The translations under genes were made by a program, and so were the position numbers. Shown one piece after another: positions 54,981 through 64,000 of a DNA stretch of 64,000 bases (positions are counted from its first letter, which is position 1; each line of letters begins with the position of its first letter). The DNA comes from Clostridia bacterium (lineage in GTDB: Bacteria > Bacillota > Clostridia > Oscillospirales > CAG-272): the NCBI GenBank assembly GCA_017935065.1, contig JAGBIF010000012.1, positions 623-64,622 of the forward strand, in the 5' to 3' direction. The notes under the pieces are model-generated. The model had not been told where the DNA came from, ran no database searches, and saw nothing but the letters and a program-made list of their open reading frames with translations.

Positions 54981-55564
54981 TTTCTGTATCCGTATTTGTA
55001 GAGAATTTTTTGAACCTCGGTGTCATCGCTGACACCCTTCTTTTTAAGAAGCGCACGGGCGTTTTGCTTAAAGTCAACCGTGCCCGCCTCAGCCAGCGAC
55101 GCAAGCGCGCGCGATATATCGGCACCCCTGTATCCGCGTGAAAGAAGCCTTGCCGATATTCTGTAGGGGCCGAGAAGCTCGCGGTTTGCGTATCTCTCAA
55201 TAAGATTTTCAAGCGCCCTGTCCTCGTTAAGATAGCCTGCCTCACAGCACCTGTCAATAGCATAGCGCACAGCACTCTGTGAAAAGCCCGCCTCGCGAAG
55301 CCTCGCGGCAAGGGCGCGCTCGCTCTTATCCGAGTAGCCGAGCATCCGCGCCGCCCTTCGCACGCATCTTATCCTTTCGTCACACTCGGTAATAAGTCCC
55401 AGCGCCTCATCCTCAAGAGAAACGACAGGAAGGGGACAACCTATCCTAAGGTAAGTCCCCTCGTCTACCGTATATTTGCGCTCATCATCACCGATAAGCA
55501 GTGTCAGCGCGTAGGTTTTCACCGCATCCCCCGCCGACTTGACGGTTTTAAGTATAGCGTTCAT
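54977..55564 (-). CDS. recX: Regulatory protein RecX
   Basis: Directly downstream of recA; SERAL..RL..GF, GYLNE, GPYRI..L..RG, YKYGY. Confidence 0.82.
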   Translation of the reverse strand: MNAILKTVKSAGDAVKTYALTLLIGDDERKYTVDEGTYLRIGCPLPVVSLEDEALGLITECDERIRCVRRAARMLGYSDKSERALAARLREAGFSQSAVRYAIDRCCEAGYLNEDRALENLIERYANRELLGPYRISARLLSRGYRGADISRALASLAEAGTVDFKQNARALLKKKGVSDDTEVQKILYKYGYRK

Positions 55565-55579
55565 AATCAGGAGAATTAA

Positions 55580-56674
55580 TTAATCCTCGTCGTCATCGAA
55601 ATCCTTGATTTCAAAGTCATCCTCGTCACCGATCGTCTCATCGTCAAAGCCGTCCTTCATAGCACGCTCACGGACGAGAGCCTCAAGCTTATCCATAAGC
55701 TCGCGGTCGGACTCGATAAGGCGTCTTACGTTGTCCTTGCCCTGACCGAGGCGGTTTCCGTCATAAGAGAACCACGCACCGCTTTTCTCAATGATACCGA
55801 AGGCGATAGCCATATCAATGATCTCGCTTGACTTGGAAATGCCCGTGCCGTAGAGAATATCAAACTCTGCGGTTCTGAAGGGGGGCGCCACCTTATTCTT
55901 TACGACCTTGCACTTGGTGTGCGCGCCGTATACGTCGGCACCGTTCTTAAGCGCCTCGGACTTTCTTACGTCGATACGCACCGATGCGTAGAACTTAAGC
56001 GCGCGGCCGCCCGTGGTAACCTCGGGGTTTCCGTACATAACGCCAACCTTCTCACGAAGCTGGTTTGTGAATATAACGATGCAGTTTGACTTGGCGATAG
56101 AGCCCGAGAGCTTTCTCATAGCTTGCGACATAAGCCTTGCCTGCACACCGACGTGAGAGGCGCCCATATCGCCCTCGATTTCCTGTCTGGGAACGAGTGC
56201 CGCTACCGAGTCGATAACGATAATATCAATAGCGCCCGAGTTTACGAGCGTCTCGGCAATCTCAAGCGCCTGCTCACCGCAGTCGGGTTGAGAAACGAGA
56301 AGCTTGTTAATATCAACACCGAGCTTCTTTGCGTACACGGGGTCGAGCGCGTGCTCAGCGTCAATGAAGGCCGCCTCGCCGCCCTGCTTCTGTACCTCTG
56401 CTATAACGTGAAGCGCAATAGTGGTCTTACCCGAGGACTCGGGGCCGTATATCTCGGTAATTCTTCCTCTTGGAATTCCGCCCACACCGAGCGCGAAGTC
56501 AAGCGAGAGTGAGCCTGTCGATACCGCCGATACGTTCATAGCGGCATTCTCACCGAGGCGCATTATAGAGCCCTTTCCGCACTCGCGCTCAATTCTCGCC
56601 ATTACCGAGTCAATAGCCGCCCTCTTGTCGGTCCCTGGTGCGGTTTCCTTTGCGGTTGTCTTTTTAGTTGCCAT
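55580..56674 (-). CDS. recA: Recombinase RecA
   Basis: [54 protein letters not shown]. Confidence 0.98.
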   Translation of the reverse strand: MATKKTTAKETAPGTDKRAAIDSVMARIERECGKGSIMRLGENAAMNVSAVSTGSLSLDFALGVGGIPRGRITEIYGPESSGKTTIALHVIAEVQKQGGEAAFIDAEHALDPVYAKKLGVDINKLLVSQPDCGEQALEIAETLVNSGAIDIIVIDSVAALVPRQEIEGDMGASHVGVQARLMSQAMRKLSGSIAKSNCIVIFTNQLREKVGVMYGNPEVTTGGRALKFYASVRIDVRKSEALKNGADVYGAHTKCKVVKNKVAPPFRTAEFDILYGTGISKSSEIIDMAIAFGIIEKSGAWFSYDGNRLGQGKDNVRRLIESDRELMDKLEALVRERAMKDGFDDETIGDEDDFEIKDFDDDED

Positions 56675-56796
56675 TTTTTATACCCTTCCTATCCTGTTTT
56701 GTATTTTGTTTTGAGAATTTTCTCGGGGCTTATGAGGCTTTCCTCGCCCCGCACTTATATTCTAATCTATAAGTTGTCCGTTATTCGGGACATCTC

Positions 56797-58071
56797 TCAA
56801 AACAGTCTGGTAGCGCCCGTCTGACGGATACGAAGCTTCATTACCGCGCCCTCGCCGAACACGGAATTCATAAGAGCAACGTAGCCGTCCGCAAGCTCGT
56901 TGGGAACGAACGCCTGGATAGTACCCGCAAAGCCGCCGCCGTGCACGCGGTATGCGCCCGCGCCGTCAAGGTAGCCCTCGGTAATAGCAAGCGCAAGCGA
57001 AAGCCCCTGCTCACGCACGTTTATCGTGGTAAATACGTTCTGAAGAAACCTGAAGGATGAAAGACCAGAGCGAATAACACCGCGGAAGAAGCCGTCAACA
57101 TCCTTTGCCTTAAGGCACTCTCTTATTTTGCACACTCTGTCATTTTCGCGGATGAAGTGAATAGCGCGAAGAATTGCTCTGTCACCTACCGTCTCGCGAA
57201 GCGCGGGCGCCCTTGCGATAATATCGTCCTCGGTAAGACCGCGAAGGAAATCCTTGCCGAATTCCTTTGCTACCGCCTTCATCTCATAGGGCACCGAGGC
57301 GTAATCGTCGTTGAGGTCGGCGTGGTTTCCGCCCGTATTTACGATACAGAGCGAGTAGCCGAGATTTGCGAGAGGGTCCTCGATAGGCTCAACGATGGGG
57401 TTGCTGTTGTCCTCAAAGTCAATGAATACGAAGCCGCCTACCGCGCACGCCATCTGGTCCATAAGTCCACAGGGCTTACCGAAATAGACGTTTTCCGAGA
57501 ACTGCGCGAGCTTGGCAATCTCGATATTGGAAACCCTGCCGTCGTTGTAAAGGTAATTAAGCACGTTGCCTATCTGTACCTCAAATGCCGCGGAGGAGGA
57601 AATGCCGCTTCCCTTAAGCACCTCGGTGGTTGAGTAGGCATCGTAGCCGCCGATAGCATAGCCTGCGTTCTTGAAGCCCTTTGCAAGTCCCGCGATAAGA
57701 GATACCGACTTGTACCTCGGGAAGTTGTCGGGGTCGTCGATAGCGTCAAGCTTTACCACGTCCTCGTTGTAGCCCTCGGACTTGAAGCGTATCACACCGT
57801 CGTTATTCCTTGCCGCAACCGCGATAATGTCTCTGTCAATGGCGCCCGCAAGCACACAGCCGTGGTTGTGGTCGGTGTGGTTGCCCGAAATCTCGCTTCT
57901 TCCAGGAACCGAGAAGATAAAGATGTCTCTGTCGTCGCCGTAAAGCTCACAGAATGCGTCAATAGCCTTGATAAATCTCTCGCTCTGTCTCTTTGTGTCA
58001 AGGTAAAGCGCCGAATACCTCTCGGCAAGCGCGCCGCCCTCAATTAGTTTTTTAAGTTCGCAAGCTTTCAT
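56797..58071 (-). CDS. galK: Galactokinase
   Basis: PGRSEISGNHTDH, GSGISSSAA, CGLMDQ, RVHGGGFAG. Confidence 0.88.
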   Translation of the reverse strand: MKACELKKLIEGGALAERYSALYLDTKRQSERFIKAIDAFCELYGDDRDIFIFSVPGRSEISGNHTDHNHGCVLAGAIDRDIIAVAARNNDGVIRFKSEGYNEDVVKLDAIDDPDNFPRYKSVSLIAGLAKGFKNAGYAIGGYDAYSTTEVLKGSGISSSAAFEVQIGNVLNYLYNDGRVSNIEIAKLAQFSENVYFGKPCGLMDQMACAVGGFVFIDFEDNSNPIVEPIEDPLANLGYSLCIVNTGGNHADLNDDYASVPYEMKAVAKEFGKDFLRGLTEDDIIARAPALRETVGDRAILRAIHFIRENDRVCKIRECLKAKDVDGFFRGVIRSGLSSFRFLQNVFTTINVREQGLSLALAITEGYLDGAGAYRVHGGGFAGTIQAFVPNELADGYVALMNSVFGEGAVMKLRIRQTGATRLF

Positions 58072-58169
58072 TTGTAAAACCCTCTTTTATGTATTTTTAT
58101 GTGTTTTTTATAGCTTTTTTAAAAATGCAAACCTTTTGCTTTTTTCGGTCTGCCGTGCGGTTTTGCCCG

Positions 58170-59126
58170 TCAGAGACGGGTCTTGATATAGCAAAGCGCC
58201 TCGGTGAAGATATCCTCGGGGGTGCGTAGCCTGCCGTCTTTGTCGCACATTATCCTGTGCGCCTCGCTGTCATGCCTGAACCAGGTCAGCTGTCTTTTTG
58301 CGTACGCGCGGGATGCCGCCTTGATTTTTTCTACGCACTCATCAAGCGTCTCATCCCCCGAGATAGCAGGCAAAAGCTCTTTATAGCCGATAGCGGCTGC
58401 CGCCGTGGTGCCGTCCTTGAGAAGCCCATCGGAGGCGAGCGTCTGAACCTCGGAAAGAAGCCCCTCGCTCATCATAATGCCGACGCGCTCATCAATTCTC
58501 TCATAAAGAAGCTCTCTTTCCTGAAAATCAAGCGTGATATGAAGGATGTCAAAGTCCGAGCTCTCTCTTGAAAGAGCGTCAAAATAGCTCTTGGTCTTGC
58601 CCGTCTTATCGAATATTTCGAGCGCACGCGCAACTCGCCGTACATTGTTTTTGTGAATAGCAAGAGCGCTCTCGGGGTCGACCTCACGGAGCCTCTTATG
58701 AAGCGCCTCACGCCCCTCGTCGGTAGTTAGATCGTAGGGAAGCGTGTCTATGTAGTCTCTTGACGCCTCGGGCACCTCGTCACTCATATTGCGTGTGAGA
58801 GTGTCAAGGTAAAGACCTGTTCCGCCGACGAATATCGGCAGTCTGCCACGCGATGCTATATCTCTTGCGCACTCGGTCGCAAGACGCTTGTAGTCCTGCG
58901 CGCTGAAGTCGGCGGTGGGCGGGATAATATCGAGCATATGGTGCCTGACACGGGCGCGCTCCTCGGCGGTCGCCTTTGCCGTGCCGATATCCATACCCCT
59001 GTATATCTGCATAGAATCAAGCGAGATTATCTCGCCCGAAAGTGCCTCGGCAAGCTTAAGCGAGAGAGCCGTCTTTCCCGATGCGGTGGGGCCTGTTATT
59101 GCGATAGCGGTTATTTTTCCGTGCAT
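58170..59126 (-). CDS. miaA: tRNA dimethylallyltransferase
   Basis: GPTASGKT, DSMQIYRGMDIGTAK, VGGTGLY, YAKRQLTWF. Confidence 0.96.
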   Translation of the reverse strand: MHGKITAIAITGPTASGKTALSLKLAEALSGEIISLDSMQIYRGMDIGTAKATAEERARVRHHMLDIIPPTADFSAQDYKRLATECARDIASRGRLPIFVGGTGLYLDTLTRNMSDEVPEASRDYIDTLPYDLTTDEGREALHKRLREVDPESALAIHKNNVRRVARALEIFDKTGKTKSYFDALSRESSDFDILHITLDFQERELLYERIDERVGIMMSEGLLSEVQTLASDGLLKDGTTAAAAIGYKELLPAISGDETLDECVEKIKAASRAYAKRQLTWFRHDSEAHRIMCDKDGRLRTPEDIFTEALCYIKTRL

Positions 59127-60049
59127 TGCGTTATAAAGGCGAGTATATCCGCGAACACCTCGTCACGGCAGGTCTCGTTAAACAGCTCGTGCCTCGCACC
59201 CTCGTAGGTTTTCAGCGTGAGGCTGGAGCAGCCCGCCATAAGCATATGCTTAAAGACGTAGGACACACCCTTGCCGTACTGACCGACAGGGTCCATCGTT
59301 CCGCTCATAATTACGGTAGGCATATTCTTCGGGTAGGAGTTAAACCACTTGCCCGAGTTTGAGGCGCTTATCATACGGAACAGCTCGTTATAGCCCTCAA
59401 GCGTAAAGAGGAAGCTCGTAAATTTATCGCTGTCACGGTCGGCAACCATCTCTGTATCTCTTGTGAGCCAGGCGTTTTTGCCCTCGGATTTGTCAAACCT
59501 TGAGTTGTAGCCCGAGAACGCAATCCCCGCGATAAAGGCCGAGCGGTATCTCTTGCCTCGGAACAGTGATATCAGCGATATAAGCGCGCGCCCGATAGGA
59601 AGCATAAGCTTGTGAGGTCCGCCCGTACCGTGGATGATATGACCTACCACCGTGTGAGGGTATCTCTCAACGTAGAGCCTCGACAAAAACGAGCCCATGC
59701 TGTGTCCCATAAGTATAATAGGCACGCCCGCATACCTCTCGCGGAGGGTGCGGTTAAGCTGATGCATATCGCGAAGAAGACAGGTAATTCCGTCCTCGTC
59801 GGCAAAATAACCGAAATCCTCGTCACAGGCCGCGGTCTTTCCGTGGCCTAAATGATGGTTTGCGGCAAGTATGATGCCTCTTTCGGTAAGATACTCGGCA
59901 AGCGCCGTATATCTTCCAGGGTGATCCACCATTCCGTGTGAGAGCTGTACTATTGCACGGGCACCGCCCTCGCTAGGCTCAAAAACGTCCGCGATTATCT
60001 GGTTTTTCTTGTCGGATGAGGGGTAGGTGATCTCATATTTTTTAAACAT
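59111..60049 (-). CDS. Alpha/beta hydrolase (lysophospholipase/monoacylglycerol lipase-like)
   Basis: HGMVDH, GHG, GHSMG, GTMDPV, RHELFNE. Confidence 0.9.
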   Translation of the reverse strand: MFKKYEITYPSSDKKNQIIADVFEPSEGGARAIVQLSHGMVDHPGRYTALAEYLTERGIILAANHHLGHGKTAACDEDFGYFADEDGITCLLRDMHQLNRTLRERYAGVPIILMGHSMGSFLSRLYVERYPHTVVGHIIHGTGGPHKLMLPIGRALISLISLFRGKRYRSAFIAGIAFSGYNSRFDKSEGKNAWLTRDTEMVADRDSDKFTSFLFTLEGYNELFRMISASNSGKWFNSYPKNMPTVIMSGTMDPVGQYGKGVSYVFKHMLMAGCSSLTLKTYEGARHELFNETCRDEVFADILAFITQCTEK

Positions 60050-60072
60050 GCTTAATTCCCCCGAAAAATAAA

Positions 60073-61008
60073 TTAATGTTGATTACGGTTTATAACATCG
60101 GCAACCTCGCCTAACGTGGGCATTGAGGAAAGCACGCCCTTTCGGGATATGCACACCGATGCCGCCGCGCATCCGAATGCGACAGCCGAGAGGATATTTC
60201 CCCCGCACCTCAGATACTCAAAGGTAAGCGCCGCCGAGAAGGCCTCGCCCGCGCCCGTGAGGTCTCTCAGAGCCTCTGGCTTGTAGGAGGTTATCATATT
60301 GCATCTTTTTCCGTCATAAATGAAGGCACCGCGTGAGCCGAGCGTCAGGACTACGTATTTCGTCTTGAGCTTTTCGTAAAGCTGGTATGCCGCGCGAAGC
60401 CAGGAATCCGTACCCGCGGGCACCGTTCCCGTATATTCCTCGATTTCCTTCTCGTTAAGTATAACTACCTCGCTTGCGGGAATGTTCTCGATAGGCTGTG
60501 CCTTTGACGCGGGGGACGCGCTTAAAAACAGCGGAATACCGCGCGCCGCGGCAAGCTTCCCCGCGCTTACAACGGTAGAGAAGGGAACGTCAAGCCCGAT
60601 ATATACCGCATCGGGGTTAGTGTCAAACGCGGGAGCGAGGCTCTCGGGCGTTATCTGTGAGTTGGCGCCAGGGTAGATCACCCGCCTCGCCGTCCCGTCA
60701 GCTTCCTTTATATGTACCGAAAAGCCTGTGGGAAAGTCGTGGTCGACCTTGATGCTTGAGGTGTCAAGGCCGAATTCCTTATAGAGCTTAAAAAGCTTCT
60801 GTCCGTGCACGTCCGCGCCAAGCTTGGTTAAGAAGGTGCATTCCGCGCCAAGCCTTGTAAGAGCTACGGCGACACCCGCACCGCCGCCACCAGGGGTGTA
60901 TGCCACACCGCCGTCATCGCTTACAGTGCATCCCGCCTCGGGAAGCTTGAAAAGGTTCATCGAAAGATCCATAGTGGAGCATCCGATAACTAATATTTTT
61001 GTTGCCAT
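60073..61008 (-). CDS. PfkB/ribokinase-family protein with atypical substrate and catalytic motifs
   Basis: STMDL, PGGGGAGVAVA..RLG, LNEKE, TLGSRG, DLTGAGEAF (canonical GAGD). Confidence 0.82.
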   Translation of the reverse strand: MATKILVIGCSTMDLSMNLFKLPEAGCTVSDDGGVAYTPGGGGAGVAVALTRLGAECTFLTKLGADVHGQKLFKLYKEFGLDTSSIKVDHDFPTGFSVHIKEADGTARRVIYPGANSQITPESLAPAFDTNPDAVYIGLDVPFSTVVSAGKLAAARGIPLFLSASPASKAQPIENIPASEVVILNEKEIEEYTGTVPAGTDSWLRAAYQLYEKLKTKYVVLTLGSRGAFIYDGKRCNMITSYKPEALRDLTGAGEAFSAALTFEYLRCGGNILSAVAFGCAAASVCISRKGVLSSMPTLGEVADVINRNQH

Positions 61009-61057
61009 GTCAGAAGTCCTTTCTTATTACCTGTCTTAAGGTATCTCCCTCGGAGCC

Positions 61058-63373
61058 CTACTCACCCGTAACCGAGAGCTTGAACACACCCGAGCCTGGA
61101 AGCGTTTTCTGCGCAAGCACGCCCTCGCGCTCGCGACAGGTGAATACGAAGCTCTGGTGTCCCTCGTCAACGAGGGCGCCGATAGCCTTCATCATTGCCT
61201 CGGCTCTCAGGTTGTCCTGATTTGCAAAGGTCTCGTCAAAGCAGATAGGCGGCTTTTCCGAGAAGAGCATATCGACAAGCGCAAGTCTTACCGCAATATA
61301 GGTAAGGTCGCGTGTGCCGCCCGAGAGATAGTCGACCGACTTTCCGCGCGCCTCGTCGCTTGTGAAGCTTACCTTAAGCGCCTCGTCTACTGTCAGGGTC
61401 GAATACTTTTTAGCCGTCATAATTTCAAGCATAGCCGTCGCGTACTCACCGAGCCTGGGTGAGATCTCCGCGCGCAGATTATCCTGTGCCGAGCTTATCG
61501 CCCTCTCGGCAACGAAGTATGCCTTGTGCTTCGCGCGAAGCTCCTCGATCTTGCCCTCGAGCTCCTGGATGCGCGAGTGAAGCTCACCCGAATCAACTAT
61601 CTTGAGCTTAAGCGCGGCAAGGTCGCCCTCAACGCCCCACATAAGGCTCTGCTGCTCTTCAATAGTGGACCTCGCCTCGGCAAGTCCTGTAATAATTTCC
61701 TCGTGGTTCATACCCGAGAGTATCTTGCGCTTGATAGGCGCGACCTGCGCCCTGATATCGATCTCGCTCTTGTCCTGGAGCGTGCGTCTTATCTCTCTTA
61801 CGGTGATTTCCATCTCGTTCTTCGCAAAGAGAAGCCTTTCCTTCTCGGCAAGGAACTCTTCAACCCGTCTTTCAAGTCCGTCAAGGAACTCGTTAAGACC
61901 TGTAAGAGGAGGATTTTCACTGAAGCGTATCGCAACGCGAAGAAGCTCGCCTCTCGCGTTCTCGCTGTCTATCTTCGCGCGCTCAAGAGTGGTGCGCGCG
62001 TTCTCAAGATTGCTCATCATCGTGTCGCGCTTGCGCCTTGCGTCGGCTATGACCGTAAGCTTTGCGCGAAGCTCGTCCGCGCTCTCACACGAAAAGCTCT
62101 TGATAAGCCTGTCAAGCTCACGCGAGAGGGCGATGAATTTCGTAGCGCAGAATATACCCGCACCCGCCGCGATAACCGCGCCCGCAATAGCAAGGACGAG
62201 CAGGGGAGTGGTAAGCGTAGGCACCGCGGCAACCGCCACAAGCGCCGCAAGAGCAAGCAGAAGCGCACCGACAGTGCCCGCCGCAAAGAGAAGCTTGCGA
62301 AGCGAGAGCTTTCCTACGCGCCCGCCGAGAGCGACCTCACCGCCGAGGGTGTCCGAGGTCTCGATAGCGCCCTCTATTTCCTTGGTGATGCCGACCGCGC
62401 TCTTTTCCCTGTTGTAGGCATCCTGTGCCTCGGTAAGCCTCGTGTAGGCGTCGTCAACGCTTCGCCTTGCAACCGCGATTTCGGTGAGATATTCCCTCTC
62501 GGGCACAAAGCCGTTTACCGCGCTTGCCTTAATGAAGCTGTCATACGCCTCGGCTGCCGCCTCGCTCTTTTCCTCAAGCTCGTGAAGCGTCTCAAAGGTC
62601 TGTATGAGCATTACGTTCCTGTAGCACTCGTCAAGGTCGAGAAGCTTGTCGCGCTTTACCTGCGCCTCGTCGCGCCTTGCGCGAAGCTCGTGAAGCTCGG
62701 CTTCCTTTGCGAGGATCTGTCGGTTTGCATCCTCCGCAATGCGAAGCCTTTCCTCAAGCTCATCCTTCTTGCGGATGAGGTCGATAATAGCACCGCCCGT
62801 ATGTCCCTGGTGGATAAGCGATTCCATCTTGTCGGTAATGCGCGCGAGCGCCTTCTGCGTATTTATTCTCTCGTTTGCCGAGAAGAGTATGTTCTCAATA
62901 GATTCCTTGACCGAGCCCTCGTTTATAGAGGCGTCACCCACCTGTCCGAGATAGGCAGTATTCTCAAACAGCTCACGCGAGACATTGAAGAACACCTCGC
63001 CCGCGGGAAGCTTTCCGAATGCGGGAGTGCCGTTTTCAAGGTCGATGATAGAGCTTTCTTCCTTATACATCACGCGCCCGCCCTGCTCGGTGGTGACGGT
63101 CGAGCGGTTGATAAGATAGCTCTTTCCCTTCACCTTGACCTGCATAGAGCCCTCTGCGATACCGCTTTGCCAGTTTATCCTCTTGCGTCTCTCGGAAAGC
63201 GAGCCCTCGCGCTCGGTGGTCTCAAAGCCGTAGAGCATATACTTGATAAACGAGGCAATAGTGCTTTTTCCCGATTCGTTTGCGCCCTCAATTACGTTGA
63301 GCCCCTCGGAAAAATCAAGTGTAAGGTTTTTGAGCCTTCCAAAGCATCTTATGTCTATTCTTTCAATTATCAT
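61058..63373 (-). CDS. SbcC/Rad50-like (YhaN-type) coiled-coil ATPase with two central TM helices
   Basis: FGRL, GANESGKST, long coiled coils, hydrophobic hairpin in the middle, LSGGT, CFDETF, FTCR. Confidence 0.85.
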   Translation of the reverse strand: MIIERIDIRCFGRLKNLTLDFSEGLNVIEGANESGKSTIASFIKYMLYGFETTEREGSLSERRKRINWQSGIAEGSMQVKVKGKSYLINRSTVTTEQGGRVMYKEESSIIDLENGTPAFGKLPAGEVFFNVSRELFENTAYLGQVGDASINEGSVKESIENILFSANERINTQKALARITDKMESLIHQGHTGGAIIDLIRKKDELEERLRIAEDANRQILAKEAELHELRARRDEAQVKRDKLLDLDECYRNVMLIQTFETLHELEEKSEAAAEAYDSFIKASAVNGFVPEREYLTEIAVARRSVDDAYTRLTEAQDAYNREKSAVGITKEIEGAIETSDTLGGEVALGGRVGKLSLRKLLFAAGTVGALLLALAALVAVAAVPTLTTPLLVLAIAGAVIAAGAGIFCATKFIALSRELDRLIKSFSCESADELRAKLTVIADARRKRDTMMSNLENARTTLERAKIDSENARGELLRVAIRFSENPPLTGLNEFLDGLERRVEEFLAEKERLLFAKNEMEITVREIRRTLQDKSEIDIRAQVAPIKRKILSGMNHEEIITGLAEARSTIEEQQSLMWGVEGDLAALKLKIVDSGELHSRIQELEGKIEELRAKHKAYFVAERAISSAQDNLRAEISPRLGEYATAMLEIMTAKKYSTLTVDEALKVSFTSDEARGKSVDYLSGGTRDLTYIAVRLALVDMLFSEKPPICFDETFANQDNLRAEAMMKAIGALVDEGHQSFVFTCREREGVLAQKTLPGSGVFKLSVTGE

Positions 63374-63398
63374 AAGGCATATCCTTTCTCGGAATTAA

Positions 63399-64000
63399 TC
63401 AGTCCTCGTCGTCCATCGCGCCCGACAGGAATTTTATGGCGCGCACTACTGAGTCCTTTGAATTGTACCAGGGCTCCTCCTGGTAATTATAGTCGAATTT
63501 CTTGCAGAACCAGCTCACGTCCCCCGAGAGGGTATCGAGATAGTCCTTTTCTATTTTCTGTGCCGTATCAAACAGCTCTCGGAAGAGCTTCTTGTTCATT
63601 CGCTTCGTGGCGTATCTTATCATTTCCTCATAGTGGGGCAGACAGAAGTAGGGCTGGAATTTGAATTTATCCCGAAACTCGTCGTCTCTTTCATAAAGGT
63701 ACACCGCGGTGGATATCATCGCGTCAAGATTGCGCTTTATCCTTCCGCACACGTAGCAGTCGCCGTTCAGCCTGCCTATATGCGAAAGCGAGGGAGCAGA
63801 CACGTCGCCGAGCAGGGCTCTTTGACCGACCTTTTTCTTAAGCTCGTTAAGATGGCTCTCAAGAATGAGCCCCATGCCGAGCATACGCTTTCTCACAAGC
63901 ATCATTCCGTAGTGCTTACCGCAAAAGCCCTCTTCGTTGGTCCTTATTCTTATATCGGGCTCCATCATAGACGCGCCGAGTATTATGTCAAGCTCGTCTC
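63399..64000 (-). CDS. DUF6062-like Zn-binding protein (5' end runs off the window)
   Basis: Frame open to the window edge (DELDIILGASMMEPD); GFCGKH, CYVC, FCLPH, WFCKKFDY. Confidence 0.7.
   Translation of the reverse strand, partial: DELDIILGASMMEPDIRIRTNEEGFCGKHYGMMLVRKRMLGMGLILESHLNELKKKVGQRALLGDVSAPSLSHIGRLNGDCYVCGRIKRNLDAMISTAVYLYERDDEFRDKFKFQPYFCLPHYEEMIRYATKRMNKKLFRELFDTAQKIEKDYLDTLSGDVSWFCKKFDYNYQEEPWYNSKDSVVRAIKFLSGAMDDED

Noticed and set aside
56675-56796. LexA (GAAC-N4-GTTC) SOS box upstream of recA
   Set aside because: No match seen in the recA-galK spacer.
61526-63664. 712-aa plus-strand ORF
   Set aside because: Antisense to the SbcC/YhaN-like and DUF6062-like genes; codon bias of the real genes explains the lack of stops; no recognisable motifs or RBS.

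Overview
Chromosomal segment of a Bacillota (Clostridia-type, probably gut or rumen) bacterium. Most of it is housekeeping: pheST, coaD, rsmD, uvrC, rimM-trmD, tadA, rnr, secG, trkAH, pepT, TPP riboswitch-thiT, type III glutamine synthetase, azlCD, recA-recX, galK and miaA. I saw no rRNA, tRNA, CRISPR array, prophage or intact transposase. Five things stand out. (1) At 28-921 a secreted, membrane-anchored protein has a mature N-terminus that is a near-eukaryotic ubiquitin (55/72 identities to human ubiquitin 1-72 by hand count, no di-Gly tail), mounted on five Cys3/His repeats. (2) A 13.5-kb tandem array encodes five paralogous ~860-950 aa surface proteins with a predicted beta-helix and shared, unassigned motifs (34574-48048). 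(3) An unannotated 41-aa peptide gene with a YxxP leader has its own promoter, RBS and terminator (48263-48388, minus). (4) Several intact genes have substituted catalytic motifs: an adenine MTase (NPPT), an SbcD-like protein (GKSD/GSRH), HPr (His15 to Tyr), a ribokinase (GAGE) and an SbcC/YhaN-like ATPase (H-loop). (5) There are also small hairpin-repeat arrays, a probable leaderless rimM-trmD transcript and probable non-canonical start codons. All calls come from reading motifs by eye; no database search was run.
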